DNA of 64,000 nt from a virus: the IMG/VR virus record IMGVR_UViG_3300010885_050383, positions 1 to 64,000 of that record; one strand, written 5' to 3'. The position numbers and the translations under genes were made by a program. This document shows, one piece after another, positions 19,899-30,012 of the stretch (position 1 is the first letter of the stretch; each line of letters begins with the position of its first letter). The notes beneath the pieces are model-generated. The model searched no databases, was not told where the DNA came from, and saw nothing but the letters and a program-made list of their open reading frames with translations.

Positions 19899-20665
19899 AA
19901 GAAAAAATTTATATTATGGATGAAATTGGAATCGGAATACTTGATGTGTATAGCCAAACCGATTTAGAAAATTGTTATAATTCTATACCAGAAGAGTTCA
20001 GGAATGATGTTCTTGTAGCATCTGCTACAAATAACAAGATGGTAAATGAAAATTTTAAAAAATATGGTGAAGTTCCGTTTGCAACTCTTAGAAATTGGCT
20101 TATTTCTCAGTTCAGACTTAAAGGTTGCAAATATTATTTCCTCATAAGCTCCAATCAGATCATCCAAGATCCAAAAATTTTCTTTAAGACCATCCAGCTT
20201 GCCGAAACTTTTGGCACATGGTTTATTGTAGGAAACGGAAATAATATAACAGAGTTAGAAGATGATGTTTCTGGTATAACTTTGAATGTATCCCCCGATC
20301 TTAACACAGATTTTATTTTTACATTCTCTGGTATTGTTAAAAACAATGGGTTTTTTGATGAAAGATTTTTTAATACCAAAAATCTTGATGTTTTAGATTA
20401 TATAATTCGTTTAAGAGCTAGAGGGGTGTATCCTCCCAACCACTTCAATCCAACTGTTGGAAAAGGAGTAAAAACTGCAAAATCTTTTTTAGAAAAAATT
20501 AAGTTTAAGGATATTCCAGACCGAGATAAGAGTGTTGGACTTTCCTATGCATACTTCAACCATTTACACAAGTATATACCAACACAAAACGATCCTCCAG
20601 CAGTATCACAGGAAGAACTTTTGAAAAGTTTAGATATAATGCAACAAAAATATGCAAAAAAATAA
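19895..20665 (+). CDS. Degenerate GT2-like protein (paralogue of the next two genes, lacks the acidic DxD-type motif)
   Basis: IGIGIL...YYFLISSNQIIQDPKIF...GFFDERF...YPP aligns with neighbours' FLMEDDI.I.DPNVF...G..DE.F...PPF. Confidence 0.6.
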   Translation: MKEKIYIMDEIGIGILDVYSQTDLENCYNSIPEEFRNDVLVASATNNKMVNENFKKYGEVPFATLRNWLISQFRLKGCKYYFLISSNQIIQDPKIFFKTIQLAETFGTWFIVGNGNNITELEDDVSGITLNVSPDLNTDFIFTFSGIVKNNGFFDERFFNTKNLDVLDYIIRLRARGVYPPNHFNPTVGKGVKTAKSFLEKIKFKDIPDRDKSVGLSYAYFNHLHKYIPTQNDPPAVSQEELLKSLDIMQQKYAKK

Positions 20666-21479
20666 AATTGGTGTTGGTATAATCACATGTGACCGAGAAG
20701 ATTTTTTTAAAAAAGCAGCAAAAAGTCTTCGTAATGCTTTAGAAAATTATTCAGACAGTGAGATAATCGTTGTGAATGATGGATATGAGAGGTTGGAAAC
20801 GCCAAATATTCATTGTGTTAAAACAACTGGTAAAATCGGAGTAGGTAAAGCTAAAAATATTGCTCTAGATTATCTTATTGATAAGGATTGCGAACATATT
20901 TTCTTGATGGAAGATGATATTGAAATTATAGATCCAAATGTTTTCAATGAATACATTAAAACCTCAAATGTAACAGGAGTTAAACACTTAAACTACGGAT
21001 TGCATGGTAATCATAATCAAGATGCTTATGGAAATCCAACAGTAAGAAAAACTGTTAACTATCCAGATAATACCAAGCTGGATTTATATCCTAATCTTCT
21101 TGGTGCTTTTAGTTATTTTCATGTTTCCGTTTTAGATGAGGTTGGTTTAATTGATGAAGAATTCTATAATGCTATGGAGCATGTAGATCATACATATAGA
21201 ATCATTAACGCTGGTTATCATCCACCATTTCGTTGGTTTGCAGATGTTCATGGTTCCAACAAGATGCTTAAAGACATTGTTCCAGACCACGAGCAAAGTA
21301 AAATTAGAAACGAAGCCAATTTCCAAGAAATCTTTAAGAAAGGACTTGATCTATTCATATGGAAATGGGGATTTAGTGTCGTTCATGGATATGGACCAAT
21401 AGAAAAGAAAATATCAGAACAAGAAACTTTAGAAAAATTAAAACAAATATGGAAATCTCACCAGCAGACATTGGAGTAG
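20652..21479 (+). CDS. GT2-family glycosyltransferase
   Basis: IGVGIITCDR, IIVVNDG, GVGKAKN, FLMEDD, GLIDEEFYNAMEHVD. Confidence 0.85.
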   Translation: MQKNKIGVGIITCDREDFFKKAAKSLRNALENYSDSEIIVVNDGYERLETPNIHCVKTTGKIGVGKAKNIALDYLIDKDCEHIFLMEDDIEIIDPNVFNEYIKTSNVTGVKHLNYGLHGNHNQDAYGNPTVRKTVNYPDNTKLDLYPNLLGAFSYFHVSVLDEVGLIDEEFYNAMEHVDHTYRIINAGYHPPFRWFADVHGSNKMLKDIVPDHEQSKIRNEANFQEIFKKGLDLFIWKWGFSVVHGYGPIEKKISEQETLEKLKQIWKSHQQTLE

Positions 21480-22939
21480 TGTTAGTAACCTATAACAGAC
21501 CAGAATATTATAAAAAAGTTCTGGAAAGTTTACCAAATGACAAGTTTGATACTCTTGTTGTTGTAAACGATGGGATTAATTCATATGCTAATGAAACAGA
21601 AGCTGAATTTGTTATATTAAACAAAGCTCAACTAGGCGTTGCAAAGAGCAAAAACATAGGAATCAAGACTCTTTTGAATCATGATGATCAGATAAAATAC
21701 GTTTTTATCATAGAGGATGATATTTTAATCAAAGATCCTAATGTATTTGAAGCATATATCAAAGCAGCAGAGTCTACTGGTATTCATCATTTATGTTATG
21801 AGAAAGTTGCTGGTAATGAAAAGACTCTAAAGTACACTTTAGAGCAACCAGATGGGGTTAAAATTGGTTTTTATACCAATCCTCAAGGTGCATTCATGTT
21901 TATCAATGCAAATATTATTAAAAAAGTTGGAATGTTTGATGAAGGCTATACGAATGCTTTTGAACATATTGATTTTGAGTATACTCTTGCCAAAAAAGTT
22001 ATTGCTCCCCCATTTTGGTATTTCCCTGATCTTTTAAACAGCGAAAATTATCTAACAGATATTGAAGGAAGCAGCGAAAACTCTTCAATTACCAATAAAG
22101 ATCAGTATAAAGAGAATTGGGATAAGTCTGCTGCTCATTTTGTTCAAAAGTGGGGTCATTTTACTAATACAATTCCAGATCCGGGTATTAAAATTTTTGA
22201 AAATACACTAATTCATCTTCAAAATTCTTATAGTAGAAAGACTTTGGTCAATAAAGGTCATAAACTCTCTGTTATAATACCCTATAGAAAGCGTGAGGAG
22301 GCTCTAAAAACGATTATTCCTGCTCTGGAGGCATATTTGCCCAAACAAGTGGATAATTATGAGATTTTGATCATGGAACAAGCAAATGAGAACCCTTTTA
22401 ATAAAGGATTATTGAATAATTTAGGATATTCTTTTTCTGCCAAAGATTCTGATTACTTTTGTTTTCATGACGTTGATTTAATTCCTCAATATTCAGATTA
22501 TAGTTATCCAGAAAGACCTTCTCATATAAGCAGTCATTGCAGTCAGTTTAATTATATTAATATACCAGATAAAATTATGGGGGGAGTTATATTATTTAAT
22601 AAAGATGATTATAAAAAAGTTAATGGATATAGCAATCAATTTAATGGTTGGGGAAAAGAAGACGATGATCTTTATGCTCGTTGTGAAAAAGAAAAATTAA
22701 CTCCTTATAAACATCCGTTTGGTAGATTTTATAGCGTTCCTCATCAACATAGGCTTACTTCGGCTTTAGAAAACGAACTTCATTTAAAGAATGGAGAAAG
22801 ATTTCGTGCATTTGAGTCTGGAAAATTAGGAGAGGAATATCATAAATTAGATGGAATTTCAGATTGCATGAGTTATTTGAAAAATATTAAACTAAAAGAA
22901 CAAAAGAATAAAGTTTCTCATTTTGTGGTTGATTTTTAA
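21449..22939 (+). CDS. Two-domain glycosyltransferase: GT2 fused to GT7 (beta-1,4-galactosyltransferase-like)
   Basis: N-domain VVNDG/IIEDD; C-domain IIPYR, PFNKGLLNNLG, FHDVDLIP, GGV, VNGYSNQFNGWGKEDDDL (GT7 WGxEDDD signature). Confidence 0.88.
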   Translation: MEISPADIGVVLVTYNRPEYYKKVLESLPNDKFDTLVVVNDGINSYANETEAEFVILNKAQLGVAKSKNIGIKTLLNHDDQIKYVFIIEDDILIKDPNVFEAYIKAAESTGIHHLCYEKVAGNEKTLKYTLEQPDGVKIGFYTNPQGAFMFINANIIKKVGMFDEGYTNAFEHIDFEYTLAKKVIAPPFWYFPDLLNSENYLTDIEGSSENSSITNKDQYKENWDKSAAHFVQKWGHFTNTIPDPGIKIFENTLIHLQNSYSRKTLVNKGHKLSVIIPYRKREEALKTIIPALEAYLPKQVDNYEILIMEQANENPFNKGLLNNLGYSFSAKDSDYFCFHDVDLIPQYSDYSYPERPSHISSHCSQFNYINIPDKIMGGVILFNKDDYKKVNGYSNQFNGWGKEDDDLYARCEKEKLTPYKHPFGRFYSVPHQHRLTSALENELHLKNGERFRAFESGKLGEEYHKLDGISDCMSYLKNIKLKEQKNKVSHFVVDF

Positions 22940-22964
22940 TCAAAGTTAAATAATTTTTATACAT

Positions 22965-23510
22965 ATGTCTAAACGTTTATCAATTTTAACTGCTACAATG
23001 CACGAAAGGAACGGAATATTCCGAAATTTGGCAAAAGTATTAAAAGCACAATCTAATTCAAATGTAGAAATGCTTGCTATTTGTGATAATGGGGAATTAT
23101 CCATAGGGGCAAAGAGAAATCAATTGCTAGAAGCTGCCAAAGGCGATTATGTATGCTTTGTCGATGATGATGACATGATTTCACCGTTTTATATTCATGG
23201 TATCCTTACAGCATTAAAGGATAATCCAGACTGCGTAGGAATTGAAGGAATAATAACTAGTATTGGGGTTGGGCCTAAAAAATTTGTTCATTCTTTACAA
23301 TATGTAGATTGGTTTGAAAAAGATAATGTATATTATCGTTGCCCAAACCACTTAAATCCTATAAAAAGAGAAATAGCACTTGATGCAAAATTTCCAGAGA
23401 CATATTTTGGAGAAGATAAAGAATTTTCTCACAGACTTGCTGGAAAGCTTAAAACCGAAGTTTTTATCAAAGGACCCATTTACTTTTATTACCCTTCAAG
23501 AGATTGTTAA
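22965..23510 (+). CDS. GT2-family glycosyltransferase
   Basis: SIGAKRNQLLEAAKGDYVCFVDDDD, FGEDKEF. Confidence 0.85.
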   Translation: MSKRLSILTATMHERNGIFRNLAKVLKAQSNSNVEMLAICDNGELSIGAKRNQLLEAAKGDYVCFVDDDDMISPFYIHGILTALKDNPDCVGIEGIITSIGVGPKKFVHSLQYVDWFEKDNVYYRCPNHLNPIKREIALDAKFPETYFGEDKEFSHRLAGKLKTEVFIKGPIYFYYPSRDC

Positions 23511-23511
23511 A

Positions 23512-24855
23512 ATGAAAATTCTAATAAAATTTCCTACAAGGAGTAGGCCAGATAAATTTTTTGCTGTATTGGATCAATATTTAAACAAAGCATCCGATCC
23601 TTCTAAATTAGCATTTTTAATTTCTATGGATGATGACGATTCATCTATGAATAATAATGCAATTAAAATAAGACTCAATTCTTATAAAGAAAAAGTAAAG
23701 ATTGCATATTTTTTTGGAAACAGTAAAACCAAAATGCAGGCAATAAATGCTGATATGGAAAAAGTAAATGGTTGGGATATTGTACTTCTTGCCTCTGATG
23801 ATATGATTCCAATAGAAAAAGGGTATGATGAAGTTATACGTCAAGACATGACTAATAATTTTAATGATACTGATGGAGTCCTATGGTATTCGGACGGAGC
23901 ACAAAATAATATTAATACTCTTTCTATTTTAGGAAAAAAGTACTATGATCGTTTTGGATATATTTATAACCCAGAATACGTGAGTCTTTGGTGTGATAAT
24001 GAATTTACTGATGTTTCTTTAAAGCTTAAAAAATGTTATAAATCAGATAAAATTATTATTGAACATCAACATCCAGCATGGCAAAAAGCAGATTTTGATC
24101 CTTTGTATGCAAGGAATGAATCATACTATGGAGTAGATCAACAGACATATGAAAGAAGAAGTAAAAATAATTTTGACCTTCCTAAAAAGAAACTTATAAA
24201 TTTTTGTGTCTATGGAACACATCCTATGTATAGTATGGGTGCTATCAAAAATATAGAATTGGCTGCAAAAATATTTCCAGATTGGGTTTGTAGGTTTTAT
24301 GTATTCAAAGAATGTTTTGATTTAGTCCCTAAAATACGAGAATATCCTAATACTGAAGTTGTTTTATGCAAGAAAACAGGAAGTCACTATTCAATGTTGT
24401 ATAGATTTTTATCATTTGCTGAAACTGATACCAGTCATTTTATTTCAAGAGATACTGATTCTCGATTAAGCATTAGAGAAAAAGAAGCAGTAGATCAATG
24501 GTTAGAATCTGGAAAGTCGTTTCATATAATGAAAGATCATCCAAAATATCATAGAACTCCAGAATATCCTATTTTAGGAGGAATGTTTGGAGCGAAAGGC
24601 GGAATAGTTCCAGATATAGAAGATCATATAAAATATTACATTCAACATAATGAAAATATGCACGGTATGGATCAATACTTTTTACAATATATCTATGAAA
24701 ATTATGCAATCAATGACAATATTACTCATGACTGCAATTTTCCTTCCCCTAGAAATGTAGAAAGAGATGGTATATGGTTTGTTGGTCAGCCCATAGATGA
24801 AAATAATAAATTTTTTGGTCCTGCGGATCATTACATAGAAACTTTAAATCAATAA
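23512..24855 (+). CDS. Two-domain glycosyltransferase-like protein
   Basis: N-domain PTRSRP...LASDDM...LWCDNEF...IIEHQH; C-domain YGTHPMYSMGAIKN...RFL...SRDTDSRLSIREKEAVDQW...HIMKDHP...ILGGMFG (DxD-containing). Confidence 0.7.
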   Translation: MKILIKFPTRSRPDKFFAVLDQYLNKASDPSKLAFLISMDDDDSSMNNNAIKIRLNSYKEKVKIAYFFGNSKTKMQAINADMEKVNGWDIVLLASDDMIPIEKGYDEVIRQDMTNNFNDTDGVLWYSDGAQNNINTLSILGKKYYDRFGYIYNPEYVSLWCDNEFTDVSLKLKKCYKSDKIIIEHQHPAWQKADFDPLYARNESYYGVDQQTYERRSKNNFDLPKKKLINFCVYGTHPMYSMGAIKNIELAAKIFPDWVCRFYVFKECFDLVPKIREYPNTEVVLCKKTGSHYSMLYRFLSFAETDTSHFISRDTDSRLSIREKEAVDQWLESGKSFHIMKDHPKYHRTPEYPILGGMFGAKGGIVPDIEDHIKYYIQHNENMHGMDQYFLQYIYENYAINDNITHDCNFPSPRNVERDGIWFVGQPIDENNKFFGPADHYIETLNQ

Positions 24856-24858
24856 ATT

Positions 24859-25485
24859 ATGTATTTTAGTCAACAACAAGAAGATTATATTTTATCACAA
24901 AAATATTTAAATTATAGAAATGGTACATTTGTTGAATTAGGAGCTATGAATGGAGTAACATACTCCAATACTTTATTTTTTGAACAACAATTAGGTTGGT
25001 CTGGCGTTTTAATAGAACCAACAAATCAATTTGAAGAATTGAAAGTTAATAGAAAAAATTGTAAAAACTATAATGTTGCTGTTTCTATTACAGAAGGAGA
25101 AGTAGAATTTTTAGGGTCTGGAGCCGTAGGTGGAATGTTGCACACAATGCCTTCCTTTCATAGAGAAGGTAATGGTTTAAACTCTCATGTACCATTTCGT
25201 GTAAAAACTATGCCTATATCTAAAATTTTAAAAGATGCTGAAATAAAAAAAATAGATTTTTTTTCTATTGATACCGAAGGAGGTGAATTAGAAGTATTAA
25301 GTTCATTTGATTGGAAAATTCCAGTTTATATAATGTTGGTAGAATTTGCAACAGATAGAGAAAGCGATCCTTTTGTTTATAAAAAAAATAAAAAATGTAG
25401 AGATATGCTTGTAGAAAATGGTTTTACTTTTGATATGATTATAGGTTGTAATGAAGTGTGGATTAATAATAATTTTAATAAATGA
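24859..25485 (+). CDS. FkbM-family SAM methyltransferase
   Basis: SQQQED, FVELGAMNGVTYSNT, WSGVLIEP, IDFFSIDTEGGELEVL. Confidence 0.92.
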   Translation: MYFSQQQEDYILSQKYLNYRNGTFVELGAMNGVTYSNTLFFEQQLGWSGVLIEPTNQFEELKVNRKNCKNYNVAVSITEGEVEFLGSGAVGGMLHTMPSFHREGNGLNSHVPFRVKTMPISKILKDAEIKKIDFFSIDTEGGELEVLSSFDWKIPVYIMLVEFATDRESDPFVYKKNKKCRDMLVENGFTFDMIIGCNEVWINNNFNK

Positions 25486-26372
25486 AAAGTATAGTAACAG
25501 GAGGAAAGGGATTTATTGGTAGTAATCTTGTAAAAAAATTAGTCGAGCTTGGAGATACTGTAATTGTTATAGATAATAATAGCTCCAACAACAAAAACAA
25601 CCATATTATAGATGGAGCAATCTACTATGATTATGATTTAAATGAGTTTGATAAAATACTAGGATTATTTGGAGCCGTTGACAGATGTTTTCATCTTGCA
25701 GCAGATATATCAATAGATTATTGTAATAAATTTCCAAGAAAAAGTGGTTTAAATAATACAAATATTACATTGAATGTATTAGAAGCTTGTAGATTGATGA
25801 AAGTAAAAAAATTTATATTCTCTTCTACTTCAGCAGTATATAAACAAATAGATAATAAAAAGATATATAGCGAAACAGATGAAACCAATCCTTTAAATTT
25901 ATATTCGGCATCTAAATTATATGGAGAAAATCTTTGTAAAATTTATTATAACCTTTATGGATTAGAAACAATTGTTTTAAGATATTTTAATGTATATGGT
26001 GAGAATAATTCTATTAGTCCATATTCATCAGTACTTGTAAATTTTCTAAACAATAAAAATCAAGATAAACCATTGTTAATTTATGGAGATGGAAATCAAA
26101 CACGAGATTTTATTAATGTAAATGATGTCGTAAAAATGAATATCATTGCATCAGAATCTAAATTAGAAACATATGGAGATGTTTACAATATAGGAACAGG
26201 GAAATCTATTTCTATTTTAAAATTAGCTTCATTAATATCATCGAATATACAGTTCATGCAACCTAAAATAGGGGAATTAAAGCATAGTTGTGCAGATATA
26301 AATAAAGTTATTAAAAATTTTGCTTGGAAATCTACTATTAGTATTGAAAATTGGTTGAATGCTTGTAGATAA
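25482..26372 (+). CDS. NAD-dependent NDP-sugar epimerase/dehydratase (GalE-like extended SDR)
   Basis: TGGKGFIG, SSTSAVY, YSASK, LRYFNVYG, GDGNQTRDFI. Confidence 0.92.
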   Translation: MKSIVTGGKGFIGSNLVKKLVELGDTVIVIDNNSSNNKNNHIIDGAIYYDYDLNEFDKILGLFGAVDRCFHLAADISIDYCNKFPRKSGLNNTNITLNVLEACRLMKVKKFIFSSTSAVYKQIDNKKIYSETDETNPLNLYSASKLYGENLCKIYYNLYGLETIVLRYFNVYGENNSISPYSSVLVNFLNNKNQDKPLLIYGDGNQTRDFINVNDVVKMNIIASESKLETYGDVYNIGTGKSISILKLASLISSNIQFMQPKIGELKHSCADINKVIKNFAWKSTISIENWLNACR

Positions 26373-26375
26373 TAT

Positions 26376-27446
26376 ATGAAATTTTTTAATATTGATCTTC
26401 ATATCTCTATTATTGCTGATATGAAAAAAATTTTTTCGGATCTTGGTCATGAGGTATATGATAAATCTTTATCCGAACATACATGGGTTTTTAATAGAAA
26501 AAAAGACAGTGTACCCATGTTGGATAACGGAAGATGGATGCACCTTTCACCACAACAGTTTTCTGATGAATTCTATAATTCATACAAAAATATGTTTGAT
26601 GATAAGATAGATGCTTTTATAGTAACATATCCACCAGTATTTTCATTATTGTATAAGCATTTTAATAGACCGATTATTATTAATAATCCAATCAGATATG
26701 AATGGCCTTTTTCATTTAGAAAAGATGATTGGGAACAATTTAATGTTTTTTTAAGAGAAGGCGTTGATAACAAGAAAATTTTTCTTGTAGCAAATAATTT
26801 ACACGATAAAAAATATATGGAAGATTTTATCGAAAGAGAAGTAGAACATATTCCAAGTATTTGTGATTACTATGGAGATTATTACGAACCAAACGACAAT
26901 CATTTTATTTATTACTCCAGAAACAAAATATCAGAAATAACAAATGATAAAATTAAATATAAAGATGATATATTTAAATCACATAAACATAGTGATTTAG
27001 TAAATTGTAAAGGAATAATACATATTCCATATCAAATTTCTTATATGTCTATATTTGAGCAATATACAGCAAATATACCATTATTCTTACCCACAAAAGA
27101 ATTTTTAATGGAGATATACAAAGAAAATAAATACAGTGTTCTTAAAGAAGTATCTTGGAACAATTATTGTGGAGAAAAAAGCCATTCCTTTATACAGTAT
27201 AATGGAAAGCATGATCCTAATGATTATAATAATTACGAAGCAGTTGAAGAATGGTTAAAATATGCAGATTTTTATGATCAAGAGTGGATGCCACATATCA
27301 CTTATTTTTCTTCTTTTGAAGAATTAAATAAACTTGTAAATGAAATTGATACTAAAGAAATTTCAAATAAAATGAAAATTTTTAATGAAAAAAGAAAAAT
27401 ATTGATATACAATAAATGGAAAAATCTTATAAACAAAATAAAATGA
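26376..27446 (+). CDS. Putative glycosyltransferase-like protein
   Basis: In the island; KGIIHIPYQISYMSIFEQYTANIPLFLP resembles the GT-B donor-binding E...G/NxP motif. Confidence 0.5.
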   Translation: MKFFNIDLHISIIADMKKIFSDLGHEVYDKSLSEHTWVFNRKKDSVPMLDNGRWMHLSPQQFSDEFYNSYKNMFDDKIDAFIVTYPPVFSLLYKHFNRPIIINNPIRYEWPFSFRKDDWEQFNVFLREGVDNKKIFLVANNLHDKKYMEDFIEREVEHIPSICDYYGDYYEPNDNHFIYYSRNKISEITNDKIKYKDDIFKSHKHSDLVNCKGIIHIPYQISYMSIFEQYTANIPLFLPTKEFLMEIYKENKYSVLKEVSWNNYCGEKSHSFIQYNGKHDPNDYNNYEAVEEWLKYADFYDQEWMPHITYFSSFEELNKLVNEIDTKEISNKMKIFNEKRKILIYNKWKNLINKIK

Positions 27447-28468
27447 AAATATTAATAACAGGAGGATTGGGGTTTATAGGAATAAATACAGCATTAACTT
27501 TAGGTAATGAACATGAAATATTTGTTATAGATAATCTTAGTAGAAAAGGAAATATAGAAAATTATATAAACTTAAGAAATAATATTAATTTTACTTTTTA
27601 TAATAAAGATATAAGAAATTATTTTGATTTGGAGGAAATTTTTAAAAGTAATAGTTTTGATGCTATAATACATCTAGCAGGACAAGTTGCTGTTACAAGT
27701 TCTTTTAAAAATCCTAGAGAAGATTTTGAAATAAATTGCCTTGGTACTTTTAATATATTAGAATGTATAAGAAAATACTGTTCTAATGCAGTTTTACTAT
27801 ACTCTTCTACAAATAAAGTTTATGGAGATTTTAAATCAGAAATAGAAGAAAAGGAAAATAGATATATTTATGGTAATGAAATAAATGGCATTAGCGAAAA
27901 CCAACGTTTAGATTTTCATTCTCCATATGGTTGTTCAAAAGGATCTGCCGATCAATATGTCAGAGATTATCATAGAATGTATGGTTTAAAAACTGTTGTA
28001 TTGAGACAATCTTGTATCTATGGTCCAAATCAATTTGGTATTGAAGATCAAGGATGGGTTTCTTGGTTTAGTATAGCTTCTTTATTTGATAAAAATATTA
28101 CTATATATGGAAATGGTAAACAAGTTAGAGATGTACTTCATGTAAAAGATTTAATTGATCTTTATATGAGTGTTATTATTAATATAGATATTTGTAATGG
28201 TAAAATTTATAATGTTGGTGGTGGACCAGACAATACACTTTCATTATTAGAACTATTAGATATTTTAAAAATTAAATTGGGCAAAAATATACAATATAAC
28301 TTTTCTCAATGGAGACCCGGTGATCAAAAAATTTATATAAGCGATATTGAAAAAATAAAAAATGATATTAACTGGCAACCTAAAATTGATGTAAATGCAG
28401 GTTTGACTATAATGTTAGATTGGATTTTAGAAAATAAAGAAGTATTTAAAAAATTAAATTTAATATGA
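27443..28468 (+). CDS. rfbE: CDP-paratose 2-epimerase (CDP-tyvelose epimerase)-like SDR
   Basis: HLAGQVAVT, STNKVYG, LDFHSPYGCSKGSADQY, RQSCIYG.QFG.EDQGWV.WF, GKQVRDVL. Confidence 0.85.
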   Translation: MKILITGGLGFIGINTALTLGNEHEIFVIDNLSRKGNIENYINLRNNINFTFYNKDIRNYFDLEEIFKSNSFDAIIHLAGQVAVTSSFKNPREDFEINCLGTFNILECIRKYCSNAVLLYSSTNKVYGDFKSEIEEKENRYIYGNEINGISENQRLDFHSPYGCSKGSADQYVRDYHRMYGLKTVVLRQSCIYGPNQFGIEDQGWVSWFSIASLFDKNITIYGNGKQVRDVLHVKDLIDLYMSVIINIDICNGKIYNVGGGPDNTLSLLELLDILKIKLGKNIQYNFSQWRPGDQKIYISDIEKIKNDINWQPKIDVNAGLTIMLDWILENKEVFKKLNLI

Positions 28469-29088
28469 TTACAATTCAAGAGCATAGTATAGAAGAATCA
28501 ATTATAGATAAAAATGGTTGGGTATTAGATTTGGGATGTATTAACTTTTCTTTTGCTAAAGATTTAAAAGAATATTGTAATAATATTATCTGTGTAGACC
28601 CAAACCCAAACATCGATAAAAATTTAATTCCAGAGGGTGTTATATATGAAAGCGTAGCAGTAACTCATGATGAAAGTTTATCAGAACAAACTTTTTACAT
28701 TTATAATGATGTACAGGGCTATTCTTTATTAAATCCTCCCAAAGATTGGTGTGTTTTACAAAAGACAATAACTGTTCCAGTAACAACCATTAAAAAAATA
28801 ATGGAAAAATACAGTATTAAAAAATTTGAATTGATTAAATTTGATATTGAAGGTGCAGAATATGAGATATTAAAAAATCTAGATTGGTCTTTATCTAAAC
28901 AATATTCTATTGAATTTCATGATTTTAGATTTATGAATCCATACTATCCAGATAATGAAAAATATTATAGTGAAGTTTTTAATAAAATTAAAAATATTAA
29001 ATCTATTAAACATGAAAATACAGATCACCCCGGATTTCCAAATGGAATGGGTAAAAATTACTGGGATACATTAATTGTAATGATTTAA
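28465..29088 (+). CDS. FkbM-family SAM methyltransferase
   Basis: VLDLGC, ICVDPNP, LIKFDIEGAEYEIL, IEFH. Confidence 0.85.
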   Translation: MITIQEHSIEESIIDKNGWVLDLGCINFSFAKDLKEYCNNIICVDPNPNIDKNLIPEGVIYESVAVTHDESLSEQTFYIYNDVQGYSLLNPPKDWCVLQKTITVPVTTIKKIMEKYSIKKFELIKFDIEGAEYEILKNLDWSLSKQYSIEFHDFRFMNPYYPDNEKYYSEVFNKIKNIKSIKHENTDHPGFPNGMGKNYWDTLIVMI

Positions 29089-30012
29089 ATGAATATATAT
29101 CATAATACAGAAATAGAAGAATTAAACAATATAGATTTATATTCTGAGGGTATAGAAGCAACTGAAAATGCTTTAAAAATAAGCAGGAAAATTAATGAAT
29201 CTATAGATGAAAAGTATAATATATTTGTTTATTGGATAGGATCTAATGTAAATTATAAACATTCGGTAGTATTAAAGTCCTTTTTAGCCACACAAAATTT
29301 AAAGAATGCAACATTAAAAATTTATTCAGATATGGATATATCTAAAAATCCAATATTTGATAGATATAAAAATTTTAAAGAAATAGAATTTAATATTTTT
29401 AATATAGAAGAAGAAATTAAAGGAACTGTTTATGAAAACTTTAAATATATTCAAGAAATAAAAAATCATAATTTTAATCCAGCATATGAATCTGATTTTT
29501 TCAGACTTCTTATACTTCATAAATATGGTGGTTTTTATATAGATTTTGACATTTTATTACTTAGAGATCTTTCTCCTTTACTAAAATATGATTTCTTTTA
29601 TCAATGGGGATCTACTACAAAAAGCATTAATATGCTCAATGGTGCTATAATGCATTTAAAAAAAGATAGCAATGCAAACAACCTTGCTACTCAATATATT
29701 CTAAATAGTTATGCTCGTCCGGGTGCGGGTAGTTTACAGTGGGCATCTGATTTATATTTACAGATTAAAAATCAATGTCCAAATGTTGTGATATTCCCTG
29801 CGGCTTTTTTTAACTCAGAATGGCAACATAACCAACACACAGTAGATGAAGATGGTTTTGTTAAACATAAATTCAGCGAAAACATATTTGATGGAGCATT
29901 TTCTTGGCATTGGCATAATAGATGGGATAAAAATATAGAAGAGGAATCCAAATTTGATATTTTAGATAAAATTTTAGAAAAAAAATTTATTGAAAAGTTT
30001 GAAATTAAATGA
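29089..30012 (+). CDS. GT32-like DxD glycosyltransferase
   Basis: SDFFRLLILHKYGGFYIDFDILLLRDL, HWHN. Confidence 0.85.
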   Translation: MNIYHNTEIEELNNIDLYSEGIEATENALKISRKINESIDEKYNIFVYWIGSNVNYKHSVVLKSFLATQNLKNATLKIYSDMDISKNPIFDRYKNFKEIEFNIFNIEEEIKGTVYENFKYIQEIKNHNFNPAYESDFFRLLILHKYGGFYIDFDILLLRDLSPLLKYDFFYQWGSTTKSINMLNGAIMHLKKDSNANNLATQYILNSYARPGAGSLQWASDLYLQIKNQCPNVVIFPAAFFNSEWQHNQHTVDEDGFVKHKFSENIFDGAFSWHWHNRWDKNIEEESKFDILDKILEKKFIEKFEIK

